Below the pieces are notes generated by a model. It searched no databases, was not told the DNA's origin, and saw only the letters and a program-made list of their open reading frames with translations. The translations under genes were made by a program, and so were the position numbers. A stretch of DNA of 62,052 nt, the filler included, from Nanobdellati archaeon (lineage in GTDB: Archaea; Nanobdellota; Nanobdellia; Woesearchaeales; JAADFO01), in assembly GCA_013152815.1 (NCBI GenBank). It is 6 parts of 6 records of this genome, joined end to end, with 100 filler letters (N's around TTAATTAATTAA, not from the genome) between each part and the next. Parts side by side here need not be neighbours in the genome. Positions count along the whole stretch, not along the records: positions 1 to 9,355 come from JAADFO010000009.1; positions 9,456 to 18,603 come from JAADFO010000010.1; 4 more parts are not named here. One strand, 5' to 3'. Numbering within the stretch: position 1 is the stretch's first letter; the number at the start of each line of letters is the position of its first letter. Below, one piece after another: positions 1 through 9,582 of this stretch.

Positions 1-641
1 ACCTGCTGATGGTGTCTCTTGTTCCGCCAGCGCCGTTCGTTCTGCCAGTCGATCTTTGGCCGTGCCTGTTCAACAGGCGGTCGGCGGGAATACTTGCTCA
101 CCTCTGCTTCGAGAGAGCGATCTTCTGCAGCTGAACAAAACAGACCATGTCCTTTTTGCTGTGCGGCGAGAGAAGGACGGTATTTCTGTCGCGTCCTTTT
201 GCTGGCCCGCTTTGCGATGTTGCCGATGGAATGCCCTGACATGCGATTGGAATAGTTTCCTTGGATGATGAAGTGGTTTGAAAGGACGGCAGCATCGATT
301 CCTGTTTCGGAAAGATAGTCATCGAGCAACCCCTGTTCTGCCAGAGGTTCCAGTGTCTTTTGGGTGACCTGAGGATTCCCTGAATCGTCCTTAGGGAGCT
401 GTTCGTGGATCTGCTCGATCAAGCTAATCTGTTTTATCTGGTCGGCCTGTTCTGCCAGATCAGGGAATCTGCCGAACGATACGGAAGAAGCGTCATAAAT
501 CTGACGCAGCCGGAGATAAGCGAGCAGAAGGCGGGAGTTGTCCATTGCTTCCTGGATGAAGCGGATGTTTGCCTGAGCAGCATGTCTCGAGACTGAAGTG
601 TTTCCTTTAGGAAGCTGTCTTTTGGGCGTGCCGGTAACCAT
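1..641 (-). CDS. Hypothetical protein, 3'-truncated by the window edge
   Basis: Manual translation from ATG at 641 (MVTGTPKRQLPKGN...) is open to position 1 (about 213 codons). It is missing from the ORF track because no stop is reached. Confidence 0.6.
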   Translation of the reverse strand, partial: MVTGTPKRQLPKGNTSVSRHAAQANIRFIQEAMDNSRLLLAYLRLRQIYDASSVSFGRFPDLAEQADQIKQISLIEQIHEQLPKDDSGNPQVTQKTLEPLAEQGLLDDYLSETGIDAAVLSNHFIIQGNYSNRMSGHSIGNIAKRASKRTRQKYRPSLAAQQKGHGLFCSAAEDRSLEAEVSKYSRRPPVEQARPKIDWQNERRWRNKRHHQQ

Positions 642-762
642 GGTTGACCATAAACGCCCCCACCTATTTAAGGATTACTAAAATCACCACCATACGATAG
701 ATACACGAACAGGCCGAGGACCGGCAAGAAAAAGACCGAATGGCCCGCTAAGAAGCCCGAAT

Positions 763-870
763 CTCCACAGGAAACAAAGGAGGTTACCTGTTTTAAACAT
801 ATAAAAAGCCATATTTATATCTTAAAAGCAAAGTATTTATAAATAAGCCTGACATCCTTTTATAAATTAG
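763..870 (+). other. Candidate replication origin: ORB-like box plus AT-rich tract
   Basis: CTCCACAGGAAACAAAGGAGGT (763-784) resembles the archaeal ORB consensus (TCCAnnGGAAAC-AAA-G-string). It is followed by an AT-rich stretch at about 790-870 and lies upstream of tbp-mcm-RPA. Confidence 0.45.
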
Positions 871-931
871 GGGGCCAGATGAAAAAGACCCCGAAGAGGA
901 TACTGCGTTATCAAGCGAGGAGGAGGATCCT

Positions 932-1504
932 ATGGCAAAGAAAGTTACCAAGAAACCTGTCCAGGCAATCCCCAGAGACATCCAGGTCGTGAATATCGTG
1001 GTGAGCGCTTCTCTCGAACATGATATCCCGCTCGAGAAGATGGCCGCCACCTTGTCCAACACAGAATACAACCCCGAGCAGTTCCCTGGCCTGGTCATCA
1101 GGATCAAGGATCCCAAGACCTCTGCGCTCATCTTCAGTTCAGGAAAGATCGTCTGCACCGGCGCCCGCACCATGGAGAATGTCGAAGAGGCCGTCAAGAA
1201 GATCATCAAGTCGCTCGAGAAGATCAATGTCAACATCACCATCAAGCCTGTCATCAAGGTCCAGAACATCGTCGCGTCCGGAAGTGTCGGCATGGTGCTC
1301 AACCTCAATCAGTTGGCCATGAAGCTCGAGAACACAGAATATGAACCAGAACAGTTCCCGGGTCTGGTCTATAAGCTTCCACAGGCAAAGGCCACCTTCC
1401 TGCTCTTCTCGAACGGCAAGGTTGTCTGCACAGGCACCAAATCAAAAGAGGCGGTGGACCAGGCATTGGACATGCTCATAGAGAATCTGAAGAAGATCTC
1501 ATAG
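932..1504 (+). CDS. tbp: TATA-box binding protein
   Basis: Two internal repeats NIV(V/A)S...EY(N/E)PEQFPGLV...(L/F)xFSxGKxVCTG; GGAGG SD-like motif upstream. Confidence 0.98.
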   Translation: MAKKVTKKPVQAIPRDIQVVNIVVSASLEHDIPLEKMAATLSNTEYNPEQFPGLVIRIKDPKTSALIFSSGKIVCTGARTMENVEEAVKKIIKSLEKINVNITIKPVIKVQNIVASGSVGMVLNLNQLAMKLENTEYEPEQFPGLVYKLPQAKATFLLFSNGKVVCTGTKSKEAVDQALDMLIENLKKIS

Positions 1505-1721
1505 AACGCTTTGAGGCATTATTGAAAGGGTGCCAAACTCCGCGCAGAATATGCGGACCCGAAGCAATAATTTTGGTACTAGCCAGAGCTATGTCCTTGA
1601 AGTTGAGCGAACACCCGGCCAAAAGAAATAAGACCATGCATAAGGAAAAAAGGACTGGCAAAAGAAGATGAATACGACCGCTGCAGGATCGGGCGACCCG
1701 TCCATCGGCTCGGAACAGCAC

Positions 1722-3740
1722 ATGGATGCGACCACACAGATCCAGAGGTTTCAGGAATTCTTCAAGGCAGAATACAATGATGCCGTTCTGGAGGCGTTCC
1801 GTCAGGGGCACCCCTATATCCATGTGGATTTCGGACGTCTTGCTATGTATGAACCTGCCCTCGCAGATCTTCTGCTGGAAGAGCCGGACGAGGTGTTCAA
1901 GGCTGCAGACATCGCACTGGAATACTTCGATATCCCGACATCCATCAAGAACATGAAGGCCCGGTTCTTCAACCTGCCGAAATCCCAGCAGACCATGATA
2001 CGGGACATACGTTCAGAGCATATCAACAAGCTCTTCTTCACCGAAGGGCTGGTCCGGCAGAAATCAGATGTGCGCCCCCAGGTGACGTCGGCAAGGTTCG
2101 AATGCCCCAGCTGCGGAAACATCCTCACGGTCCTTCAGCTGGACCCTAAATTCAAGGAGCCGAACAAATGTGGCTGCGGCAGGAAAGGGAAGTTCAGGCT
2201 GCTCTCCAAGACCCTGGTGGATGCCCAGGGCATCGTCCTCGAAGAGGCCCCTGAACAGCTGGAAGGGGGGGAACAGCCGAAGAGGATGAACCTCTTCCTG
2301 CAGAACGACCTGGTGAGCCCCATGTCCGACAAGAAGACCAATCCAGGGACGAAGATACGGGTCATCGGGGTCATCAAGGAAGTGCCCATCACCCTGCGCG
2401 AGGGCGGCCAATCCACCCGGTTCGAGCTCATGATCGAGGCAAATTTCATCGAGATGATCGAAGAGGACTTTTCAGAGATAAGCATCAATGAAGAGGAAGA
2501 GAAGGAGATAAAGGACCTCTCGAAGGATCCGAAGCTGTTCAGGAAGATGGTCGAGTCCATCGCCCCGTCCATCTATGGGCATGACAAGATAAAAGAGGCG
2601 CTCCTGCTCATGATGACCGGCGGCATCCAGAAGAAACATGACGATGGGGTCATCACCAGGGGGGACATACATGTCCTGCTCATCGGCGATCCCGGCGCAG
2701 GGAAGAGCCAGCTCCTCAAAAGGATCAATGTGGTGGCGCCGAAAGCCCGGTTCATCGGAGGGAAGGGCGTCTCAGGAGCAGGACTCACAGCCACCGTGGT
2801 CAAGGACGAGTTCCTCAAGGGCTGGGCGCTGGAGGCAGGAGCGTTGGTCCTTGCGAACAAAGGGATCTGCTGCATCGATGAGCTGGACAAGATCAGCCCC
2901 GACGACCGCAATGCGATGCATGAGGCATTGGAGCAGCAGACCGTCACCATCTCCAAAGCGAACATCCAGGCGACGCTTCGGGCCGAGACCACTGTTCTGG
3001 CCGCAGCCAACCCGAAGTTCGGCCGCTTCGACCCCTATGAGACCATCGCGAAACAGATCGACCTTCCGGTCACGCTCATCAACCGTTTTGATCTCATCTT
3101 TCCCATCCGGGACCTTCCGAACAAGGAGACCGATGAGAAGATGGCCGCGTTCATACTCTCTCTCCATCAGAAAGGCAACAAGAAAGATCCCGATGTGCCG
3201 ACCACCCTGCTGAAGAAATATATCTCCTATGCCAAGCAGATGATCTCCCCTAAACTCACCGACGCGGCAGTCAGTGAACTCAAGAAGTACTACATCCAGA
3301 TGAGACATCCGGAATCCGGAGAGGGAGATAATCAGGCGATCCCCATCTCGGCACGGCAACTTGAAGCGCTGGTCCGGCTTGCAGAGGCATCGGCCCGCAT
3401 CCGGCTGTCGGGTACGGTGCAGAAAAAGGATGCGCAACGGGCGATCGACCTGCTCCACTACTGCCTCAACCAGGTGGGCCTTGACCCGGAGACCGGCAAG
3501 ATCGACATCGATCGCATCTCCACAGGGGTGCCTGCCTCCGAAAGGACCAAGATCTTCCAGGTGAGAGAGATCATCACCGAGCTGGAGAACACCCTCGGGA
3601 AGACCATCCCCATCGATGACATCACGAGAGAGGCCCAGGAGCAGAACATCCCTGCAGAGGTTGTCGAAGAGGCCATCGAGAAGCTGAAACGGTCAGGGGA
3701 TATCTTTGAGCCTCGCGCAGGATTCATATCCAAGATCTAG
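1722..3740 (+). CDS. mcm: MCM replicative helicase (alternative start 1668)
   Basis: Zn finger CPSC...CGC, Walker A GDPGAGKS, Walker B CCIDELDK, AAANP, INRFD, ISARQLE, C-terminal winged helix. No intein. Confidence 0.97.
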   Translation: MDATTQIQRFQEFFKAEYNDAVLEAFRQGHPYIHVDFGRLAMYEPALADLLLEEPDEVFKAADIALEYFDIPTSIKNMKARFFNLPKSQQTMIRDIRSEHINKLFFTEGLVRQKSDVRPQVTSARFECPSCGNILTVLQLDPKFKEPNKCGCGRKGKFRLLSKTLVDAQGIVLEEAPEQLEGGEQPKRMNLFLQNDLVSPMSDKKTNPGTKIRVIGVIKEVPITLREGGQSTRFELMIEANFIEMIEEDFSEISINEEEEKEIKDLSKDPKLFRKMVESIAPSIYGHDKIKEALLLMMTGGIQKKHDDGVITRGDIHVLLIGDPGAGKSQLLKRINVVAPKARFIGGKGVSGAGLTATVVKDEFLKGWALEAGALVLANKGICCIDELDKISPDDRNAMHEALEQQTVTISKANIQATLRAETTVLAAANPKFGRFDPYETIAKQIDLPVTLINRFDLIFPIRDLPNKETDEKMAAFILSLHQKGNKKDPDVPTTLLKKYISYAKQMISPKLTDAAVSELKKYYIQMRHPESGEGDNQAIPISARQLEALVRLAEASARIRLSGTVQKKDAQRAIDLLHYCLNQVGLDPETGKIDIDRISTGVPASERTKIFQVREIITELENTLGKTIPIDDITREAQEQNIPAEVVEEAIEKLKRSGDIFEPRAGFISKI

Positions 3741-3818
3741 GCTGACAAAGAAGCAGGTTGAGGGAACAGGGAAAGGAAGAAGGAAAAGACCCGGCCAGGA
3801 CCATGGCCCGGAAAGACC

Positions 3819-4511
3819 ATGCCACCCAACCAGAAAAGACAGACAGCCCACATCATCTCGATAAAAGCACTGCTCTCCGGAACATACAAGGTAGAGGAGG
3901 GATGGCAGCCGAACTATGTGCTTCTGCCGGATGGCCGACAGGTTTCCCGGGTGAATCTCGTGGGCATCGTCATCGCCCGCGAAGAAGGATCAGGGGAGTT
4001 CCTGCTGGACGATGGTTCATCAACCGTGGTCGTGCGTTCCTTTGAAGACACCGCCATCCCCGCAGAAGTGAAGGTAGGCGACCCTGTTCTGCTCGTCGGC
4101 CGGCCCAGGCTCTTCGGCAAGGACATCTATGTTTTCCCTGAGATCATACGCAGACTGGAGAATCCTGGCTGGATACGGTTCAGGAAACGTGAGCTGGAGA
4201 TTCTGGAGAAGGACATGCCAGAGAAAGAAGCGGTTCCGCAGGGACCGGTCCCTGCATCACCCCTCGTATCGGCTGGAGAGACAACAACCGCTCCACAGGA
4301 ATCCGGGGAAGAAGCTGACGAAGAGACCCCTGCCGAGAAGATTATGACGCTCGTGCGTGAGATGGATAAGGGAGAAGGAGCTGCAACCGAAGAGGTCATC
4401 AACAGGTACAACCAGGAACAAGGATCGACCGAAGGAGAAGCGTTGCTCAATGACCTGCTCAAGCGGGGCCAGCTCTTCGAGATAAAGGGGAAGCTCAAGG
4501 TGCTGGAGTGA
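3819..4511 (+). CDS. RPA2/RPA32-like OB-fold ssDNA-binding protein with C-terminal winged helix
   Basis: VSRVNLVGIV...FLLDDGSSTVVVRSF...VLLVGRPR OB pattern, acidic linker, LLKRGQLFE wH-like end; follows mcm. Confidence 0.8.
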   Translation: MPPNQKRQTAHIISIKALLSGTYKVEEGWQPNYVLLPDGRQVSRVNLVGIVIAREEGSGEFLLDDGSSTVVVRSFEDTAIPAEVKVGDPVLLVGRPRLFGKDIYVFPEIIRRLENPGWIRFRKRELEILEKDMPEKEAVPQGPVPASPLVSAGETTTAPQESGEEADEETPAEKIMTLVREMDKGEGAATEEVINRYNQEQGSTEGEALLNDLLKRGQLFEIKGKLKVLE

Positions 4512-4570
4512 ATACAGAAAAAAAGGAGCGGACGTGATGCTCTGCTCGATAGACATTCTCAGAAAGACAG

Positions 4571-4627
4571 TCATGCAACGGTTTCGCGCACTAAAACAAG
4601 GGGTATGAAACCATCGCATGAATCAGA
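4571..4627 (-). repeat. Dispersed palindromic element, copy D
   Basis: Reverse complement reads TCTGATTCATGCGATGGTTTCATACCCCTTGTTTTAGTGCGCGAAACCGTTGCATGA, homologous to 50113-50169. Confidence 0.8.
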
Positions 4628-4653
4628 TAGGTATCAGAGGCTCGCAGTGGTTT

Positions 4654-5505
4654 TCAAAAGAACAACGGCGTCACGAAGACTTCGAGGAATGCTGCCATAA
4701 GGATGAGCAGCACTGATATCAGGAGCAGATCGGTGGAATCGAGCAGGACCTTCTTGAAATGTTCCATATCGTGGCCGTGCTTCATGGCGGCGATGGAGAT
4801 GATGGACGCTGCCAGCCCTGCCACGAAATAGCCGAGGATCTCGGGGATACCATGGATTGCGTACATGGCAAGTCCCACAGAGAAGGTGGAGAAATAGTTG
4901 CCCACCGCATCGAGACCGACTGCATTCGCCGCTGCAGAGAGCTCTTTCCGTATGAAGCTTCCTATCGCTGCACCGATGACCGAAGCGTTCCAGGTGAGGA
5001 TGAAGATGGCTCCTGCCCCGAAGACGAAGGCGAAGAGCATGACATAGGCCAGCACCCAGAGGTTGTTGAAGAGGACCGTGAAAAAAGAGCCGATCTGACC
5101 TGTGGCATTGGCGGTCACCCCGCTGTTGATGTCATTGATGGTGCCTATCTGGACACCGAAAAGGTTTGCCGTGGCGTCCGAGGGAAGAGCCACATACCAG
5201 ATGATGCAGGCGACGACGAAGCCGAAGAACAGGAAGATGAACATGCGCACTGCCCGGGCATGTTCCTTCAGGAGCAATGATTCCTGGGCGACAGAATCGT
5301 CTTTCGATTCCTCTTCCTTTATGGTGTTGTAGACGAGCGGAAGACATGCAAGGGTCGTCAGGAAGACCATCACCATGGAGGCCTGCCCCCAGAAGATCTT
5401 AAGCGAGATGATGATGCCGACAGAGAAGTAAAGGAGCCCGAAGAAGAACATCCTGCCAGGATGCCGTTCTGCGTTGGACGGATTCAGTATCGATTCAAAG
5501 ACCAT
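4654..5505 (-). CDS. SpoIIM-family (DUF95) integral membrane protein
   Basis: Multiple TM segments with VLFNN, HGIPEI and AAFLEVFVTP motifs. Confidence 0.85.
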   Translation of the reverse strand: MVFESILNPSNAERHPGRMFFFGLLYFSVGIIISLKIFWGQASMVMVFLTTLACLPLVYNTIKEEESKDDSVAQESLLLKEHARAVRMFIFLFFGFVVACIIWYVALPSDATANLFGVQIGTINDINSGVTANATGQIGSFFTVLFNNLWVLAYVMLFAFVFGAGAIFILTWNASVIGAAIGSFIRKELSAAANAVGLDAVGNYFSTFSVGLAMYAIHGIPEILGYFVAGLAASIISIAAMKHGHDMEHFKKVLLDSTDLLLISVLLILMAAFLEVFVTPLFF

Positions 5506-5728
5506 GGGGTCTTTCTTTGTGAATTTCCTTTAAAAAACTTTTGCTTGTGGCGCGAAGGGCATCACAAGCAGAGAATATGCATAAAAAGATGCATAAAGGA
5601 AGGTTCGGGCCATGACAGAAGCGACAGAAGCACAGGCACCGTGAGAGGCATGATGCCCTGAAGAATCCGTGTTACCATGCAGGAGTAAGACGGCATGTTT
5701 AAATAGGACCAAAGCCTGTGGCTTCTCC

Positions 5729-6715
5729 ATGGCCGAGGAGGATCTCAAAGCGAAGATAAAGAAGCATCAGAAGACCATCGAACTGCTGAAGAAAGAGGTA
5801 GGCAAGGCAGTGGTCGGCCAACATGACATCATCAATGCATTCATCAGGGGCATCATCTCCAACGGCCACATCCTGGTGGAAGGCGTCCCAGGACTGGCAA
5901 AGACCCTCATCGTGCGCGCCCTTTCCATGGCCATGGGCTCTGAGTTCAAGCGTATCCAGTTCACACCAGACCTCCTGCCGTCTGATATCACAGGGATATC
6001 CACCTATGAAGAAAGCAGAGGATTCTATGTCCTCAAAGGGCCCATCTTCGGAAATTTCATACTGGCAGACGAGATAAACCGGGCACCTCCGAAGGTCCAG
6101 TCAGCTCTCCTGGAAGGCATGCAGGAGAAGCAGGTCACCATCGGAAAAGAGACCTTTGCCTTGCCGTATCCCTTTTTTGTGCTCGCTACCCAGAACCCGC
6201 TTGAGCAGCTGGGAACCTTTCCTCTGCCAGAGGCGCAGGTGGACAGATTCATGTTCAAGCTCAATATAGATTATCCCACCCCCGAGGAGGAGCAGATTGT
6301 GCTCAAGAAGAACATCACCCTGCAGAAGTTTGAATCGTTCAACATCCAGCCCATCATGAACCCGGACATGATCCTTGAAGTGTATGAGGATGTGAAGAAG
6401 ATCTATGTCGACAGGAAGATAGAGACCTACATCGTCCGGCTGGTGGATGCCACGAGACACCCCACCAGATACAAGATCAAGACAGGGAAATACATCTCAT
6501 GGGGCTGTTCGCCCAGAGCGTCGACCGCCTTGTATATCGCATCCAAGGCCGAGGCGCTCATGCGCGGAAAGACCTTCGTGACGCCCCAGCACGTGAAGAC
6601 CATAACCCATGATGTCTTCAGGCACCGTCTCCTGCTGAACTATGAAGGGCAATCAGAAGGGATCTCTTCTGATGATATCATAAAGGACATCCTTGCCCAT
6701 GTTCCTGTCCCGTGA
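5729..6715 (+). CDS. moxR: MoxR-family AAA+ ATPase
   Basis: EGVPGLAKT, RIQFTPDLLPSDITG, ADEINRAPPKVQSALLE, ATQNPLEQ, PLPEAQVDRF, SPRAS. Confidence 0.95.
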   Translation: MAEEDLKAKIKKHQKTIELLKKEVGKAVVGQHDIINAFIRGIISNGHILVEGVPGLAKTLIVRALSMAMGSEFKRIQFTPDLLPSDITGISTYEESRGFYVLKGPIFGNFILADEINRAPPKVQSALLEGMQEKQVTIGKETFALPYPFFVLATQNPLEQLGTFPLPEAQVDRFMFKLNIDYPTPEEEQIVLKKNITLQKFESFNIQPIMNPDMILEVYEDVKKIYVDRKIETYIVRLVDATRHPTRYKIKTGKYISWGCSPRASTALYIASKAEALMRGKTFVTPQHVKTITHDVFRHRLLLNYEGQSEGISSDDIIKDILAHVPVP

Positions 6716-6757
6716 TGGAAGACGGGCACAGGAAAGGAAAGAAGAGGGTTGTTTTTC

Positions 6758-7654
6758 ATGCATAAACTCAAGCTTGATTTCAAACCGAAATTGACAGACT
6801 TGATAATAACCTCGGCGAGCATCTCAGGCAGCGGCCCCGGACAGGGAGCCATAACCAGAACGGCGGGAGAGCGGAAAAGCCTGCTCTATCGGGGAAAGGG
6901 GCTGGAGTTCGACCGTTTCCGTGTGTTCACCCCGGACGATGACGCACGGATGATAGACTGGAAAGCGTCCCTGCGCGCCAACAAGATACTGGTGAAGGTC
7001 TATTCAGAAGAGCAGAACAAGGACATCATCATCTTCTTCGATGTGAGCTCCACCATGACCTATGCGTCCCATAAGAAGCTCAAGGCAGAATATGCTGCAG
7101 AACTCATCGCCGATCTCACCTACAACATCGCCCAGTCAGGAGACAATGCCGGCCTGGTCATGTTTACCGACAGGGTGGTGGGAGTGATTCCTCCGCAGTC
7201 CGGCATGACCCAGTACAATAAGATACTGAGGATGTTGGAGACAGCGAAGCTCTATGATGGACGCTTTGACCTCAACAAGGCCCTCGGATTCCTCAACAGC
7301 ATCGTGAGGAGGCAAGCCATCGTCATCCTGGTCTCTGATTTCATAGGGCTGAAGGGATCGTGGAAACAGGCCATATCCGCCCTTTCATCACGGATGGCGC
7401 TCATAGGCATAATGATACGTGATCCGCTGGATGACCGTCTGCCGGACCAACAGGGCCAGCTCGTCATCTCTGATCCCTTCACCGAGGAGGAACAGCTCGT
7501 AGAACCGAGACGGATCGCCGAGGAATATGCCCGCATCAACCGCCAACACATCAACGAGATCAAGACCGTTTTCAGGAAGAAGCGATCAGATCTTCTGATC
7601 CTGCACACTGACCAGGATTATCGCAAGCCTGTCCGTAACTTTTTTATGTCCTGA
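6758..7654 (+). CDS. DUF58-family VWA-like protein
   Basis: GKGLEF..R.F..DDARMIDWKAS, DVSSTM, VSDF; typical MoxR operon partner. Confidence 0.9.
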   Translation: MHKLKLDFKPKLTDLIITSASISGSGPGQGAITRTAGERKSLLYRGKGLEFDRFRVFTPDDDARMIDWKASLRANKILVKVYSEEQNKDIIIFFDVSSTMTYASHKKLKAEYAAELIADLTYNIAQSGDNAGLVMFTDRVVGVIPPQSGMTQYNKILRMLETAKLYDGRFDLNKALGFLNSIVRRQAIVILVSDFIGLKGSWKQAISALSSRMALIGIMIRDPLDDRLPDQQGQLVISDPFTEEEQLVEPRRIAEEYARINRQHINEIKTVFRKKRSDLLILHTDQDYRKPVRNFFMS

Positions 7655-7750
7655 GAAGGACCAGGCTCTGAGAGAAAGAAAGAAAAGGACAAGAAAAGAA
7701 GAGAGACAGAGCGATAAGAACGCGCAAGAGAAAGATAAAGAGGGCATTCC

Positions 7751-8707
7751 GTGGCCGACATCGTCTTCCAGAACCCCGGGTATCTTTGGCTCCTGATAGC
7801 CATCCCGCTCATCATCATCACCCATTTCTTCCTTCTGCGGCACCTGAAGACGCGGGCATGGAAGTTCTCCAACTTCGAGGCCATACGCCGTGTCACCGGA
7901 GCCAGCCCCTCGACCAAGAACAGTTTCCTGCTCTCGAAGAACTATCTGCTGCTGCTCATCAAGGTGTTCATCCTGCTGGCCATGATCCTCTCCATCGCAG
8001 GGCCTGTGCTGAACTATTTCGGGACAGCGACAGAACACAATTTCGTCCTTGCCATCGATGCCTCATCATCCATGCTGGCCGATGACTTCGACCCCAACCG
8101 CTTTGTGGTCGCGAAGAAGACGGCCATAGAGTTCATCGATTCTATCTCAGGAAGCACCCGTGTGGGCCTGGTGAGCTTTGCAGGGGTTGCCTATGCAGAG
8201 AAGCAGCTCACCGATGACAAAAGAGACATCGAGAAGACCATAGCGACCCTGAACATAAAGAAGGTGGGAGGGACAGACCTGGGTGCGGCCATCATCACCT
8301 CGGTGAACATCCTGATGACCGATGACAAGCCCAAGTCCATCATCCTGTTGACCGACGGCAGGAGCACCGTGGGGACGGACGTGATGGAAGGGATAGACTA
8401 TGCGAGAGCCAACAGCGTCTCGGTCTTCACCATCGGGGTGGCCACCACAAAAGGAGGCAGTTTCCTCCGCCTGGATGCGTTGTCCACACTGGATGAGAAG
8501 ACGCTCAAACAGATAGCAGACATGACCGGGGGGAAGTATTTCGCTGCGTCGGACGAAGCATCCCTCAGGAACGCCTTCCAAAACATCGCTGCAGTGACCC
8601 AACAGCCACTCTCGCTCAAGCTGCGTTTTCCGTTCATACTCCTTGCCCTGGCGCTGATCTTTGTGGAGTGGGGGCTCATCAACACAAGATATCGGACCCT
8701 GCCCTGA
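7751..8707 (+). CDS. BatA-like VWA domain membrane protein
   Basis: N-terminal FQNPGYLWLL BatA-type segment, MIDAS DASSSM, GGTDLG, LLTDG, IADMTGGKYF, C-terminal TM. Confidence 0.9.
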   Translation: MADIVFQNPGYLWLLIAIPLIIITHFFLLRHLKTRAWKFSNFEAIRRVTGASPSTKNSFLLSKNYLLLLIKVFILLAMILSIAGPVLNYFGTATEHNFVLAIDASSSMLADDFDPNRFVVAKKTAIEFIDSISGSTRVGLVSFAGVAYAEKQLTDDKRDIEKTIATLNIKKVGGTDLGAAIITSVNILMTDDKPKSIILLTDGRSTVGTDVMEGIDYARANSVSVFTIGVATTKGGSFLRLDALSTLDEKTLKQIADMTGGKYFAASDEASLRNAFQNIAAVTQQPLSLKLRFPFILLALALIFVEWGLINTRYRTLP

Positions 8708-8919
8708 TTGGTGTGGTTCTCCGATGAAAACAACAAAAAAGGGCCGGATTCTCCATGCCCCATCAAAAAAGAGACAGCACACAGAAGAATAACCACCCGG
8801 AAATAGAAAAATATATATAATAACAAGGGGATTAAAGAGAGAAGAAAGAGATGAGGCGTCTGAACGATGCTGAGAAGACGCTCAAACAAAGGGAAACCAG
8901 CCCCTATAAGAGGTGTATG

Positions 8920-9150
8920 ATGAGAACAGACATATCCAAGACGACCATCCTTATTCTCTTGGTCTTCACGGTCGTGGTTTCGGTCATGGGGACATATACT
9001 GTACTGTTGAGCATGAGTGCTCCGCAGACTGTCCAACAGCAAGGAGAGACAGCCCCGCAAGGGAACGTGGAACTGTCCATAATCCCTCCTGCCGGAAGTC
9101 CGGTGACCGAAGGACAGGTGAGTCTTAATATAATAAAGGGAGGAGAATGA
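8920..9150 (+). CDS. Small N-terminally anchored membrane protein
   Basis: GAGGTG SD-like motif upstream; single TM segment (DISKTTILILLVFTVVVSVMGT). Confidence 0.65.
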   Translation: MRTDISKTTILILLVFTVVVSVMGTYTVLLSMSAPQTVQQQGETAPQGNVELSIIPPAGSPVTEGQVSLNIIKGGE

Positions 9151-9355
9151 CCATGGAGGAGATATCTAACCGTTCTTTAGCAGTCCTGCTCGTCGTAGCC
9201 ATCGTGGTGTCCATCGGCGGCACGTTCATGAGCCTGAGCAAGCTCCAGCAGGCACCCACCACCATCTATGTGAACAAGGGCTCGCCGACCGGATATGCCA
9301 TCTCACCCAACGGGACTGCATCAGTATCCATCACGACCACGGCAGAGTTGACCTT
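9147..9355 (+). CDS. Signal-anchored surface protein, truncated at contig end
   Basis: EISNRSLAVLLVVAIVVSIGGT TM followed by SPTGYA; ATGA overlap with the previous stop. Confidence 0.75.
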
Positions 9356-9455
9356 NNNNNNNNNNNNNNNNNNNNNNNNNNNNNNNNNNNNNNNNNNNNT
9401 TAATTAATTAANNNNNNNNNNNNNNNNNNNNNNNNNNNNNNNNNNNNNNNNNNNN
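9356..9455. other. Artificial contig-joining linker
   Basis: N44-TTAATTAATTAA-N44, giving stops in all six frames. Confidence 0.99.
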
Positions 9456-9533
9456 CGCGTCAGAGATCTGGTCGCAGATCTTGTCCGGGTGTCCTTCGGT
9501 AACAGATTCGCTCGTCACATATTTGGTTGTCAT
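9456..9533 (-). CDS. metK: Bacterial-type S-adenosylmethionine synthetase, N-terminal fragment cut by contig end
   Basis: Manual translation gives [26 protein letters not shown], the canonical MetK N-terminal signature. Not in the ORF track. Confidence 0.93.
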
Positions 9534-9582
9534 TTTGTGTGCCTCTTCTTGTTTTGTCCTTGTAATCCTTCAGTCTGTATCC

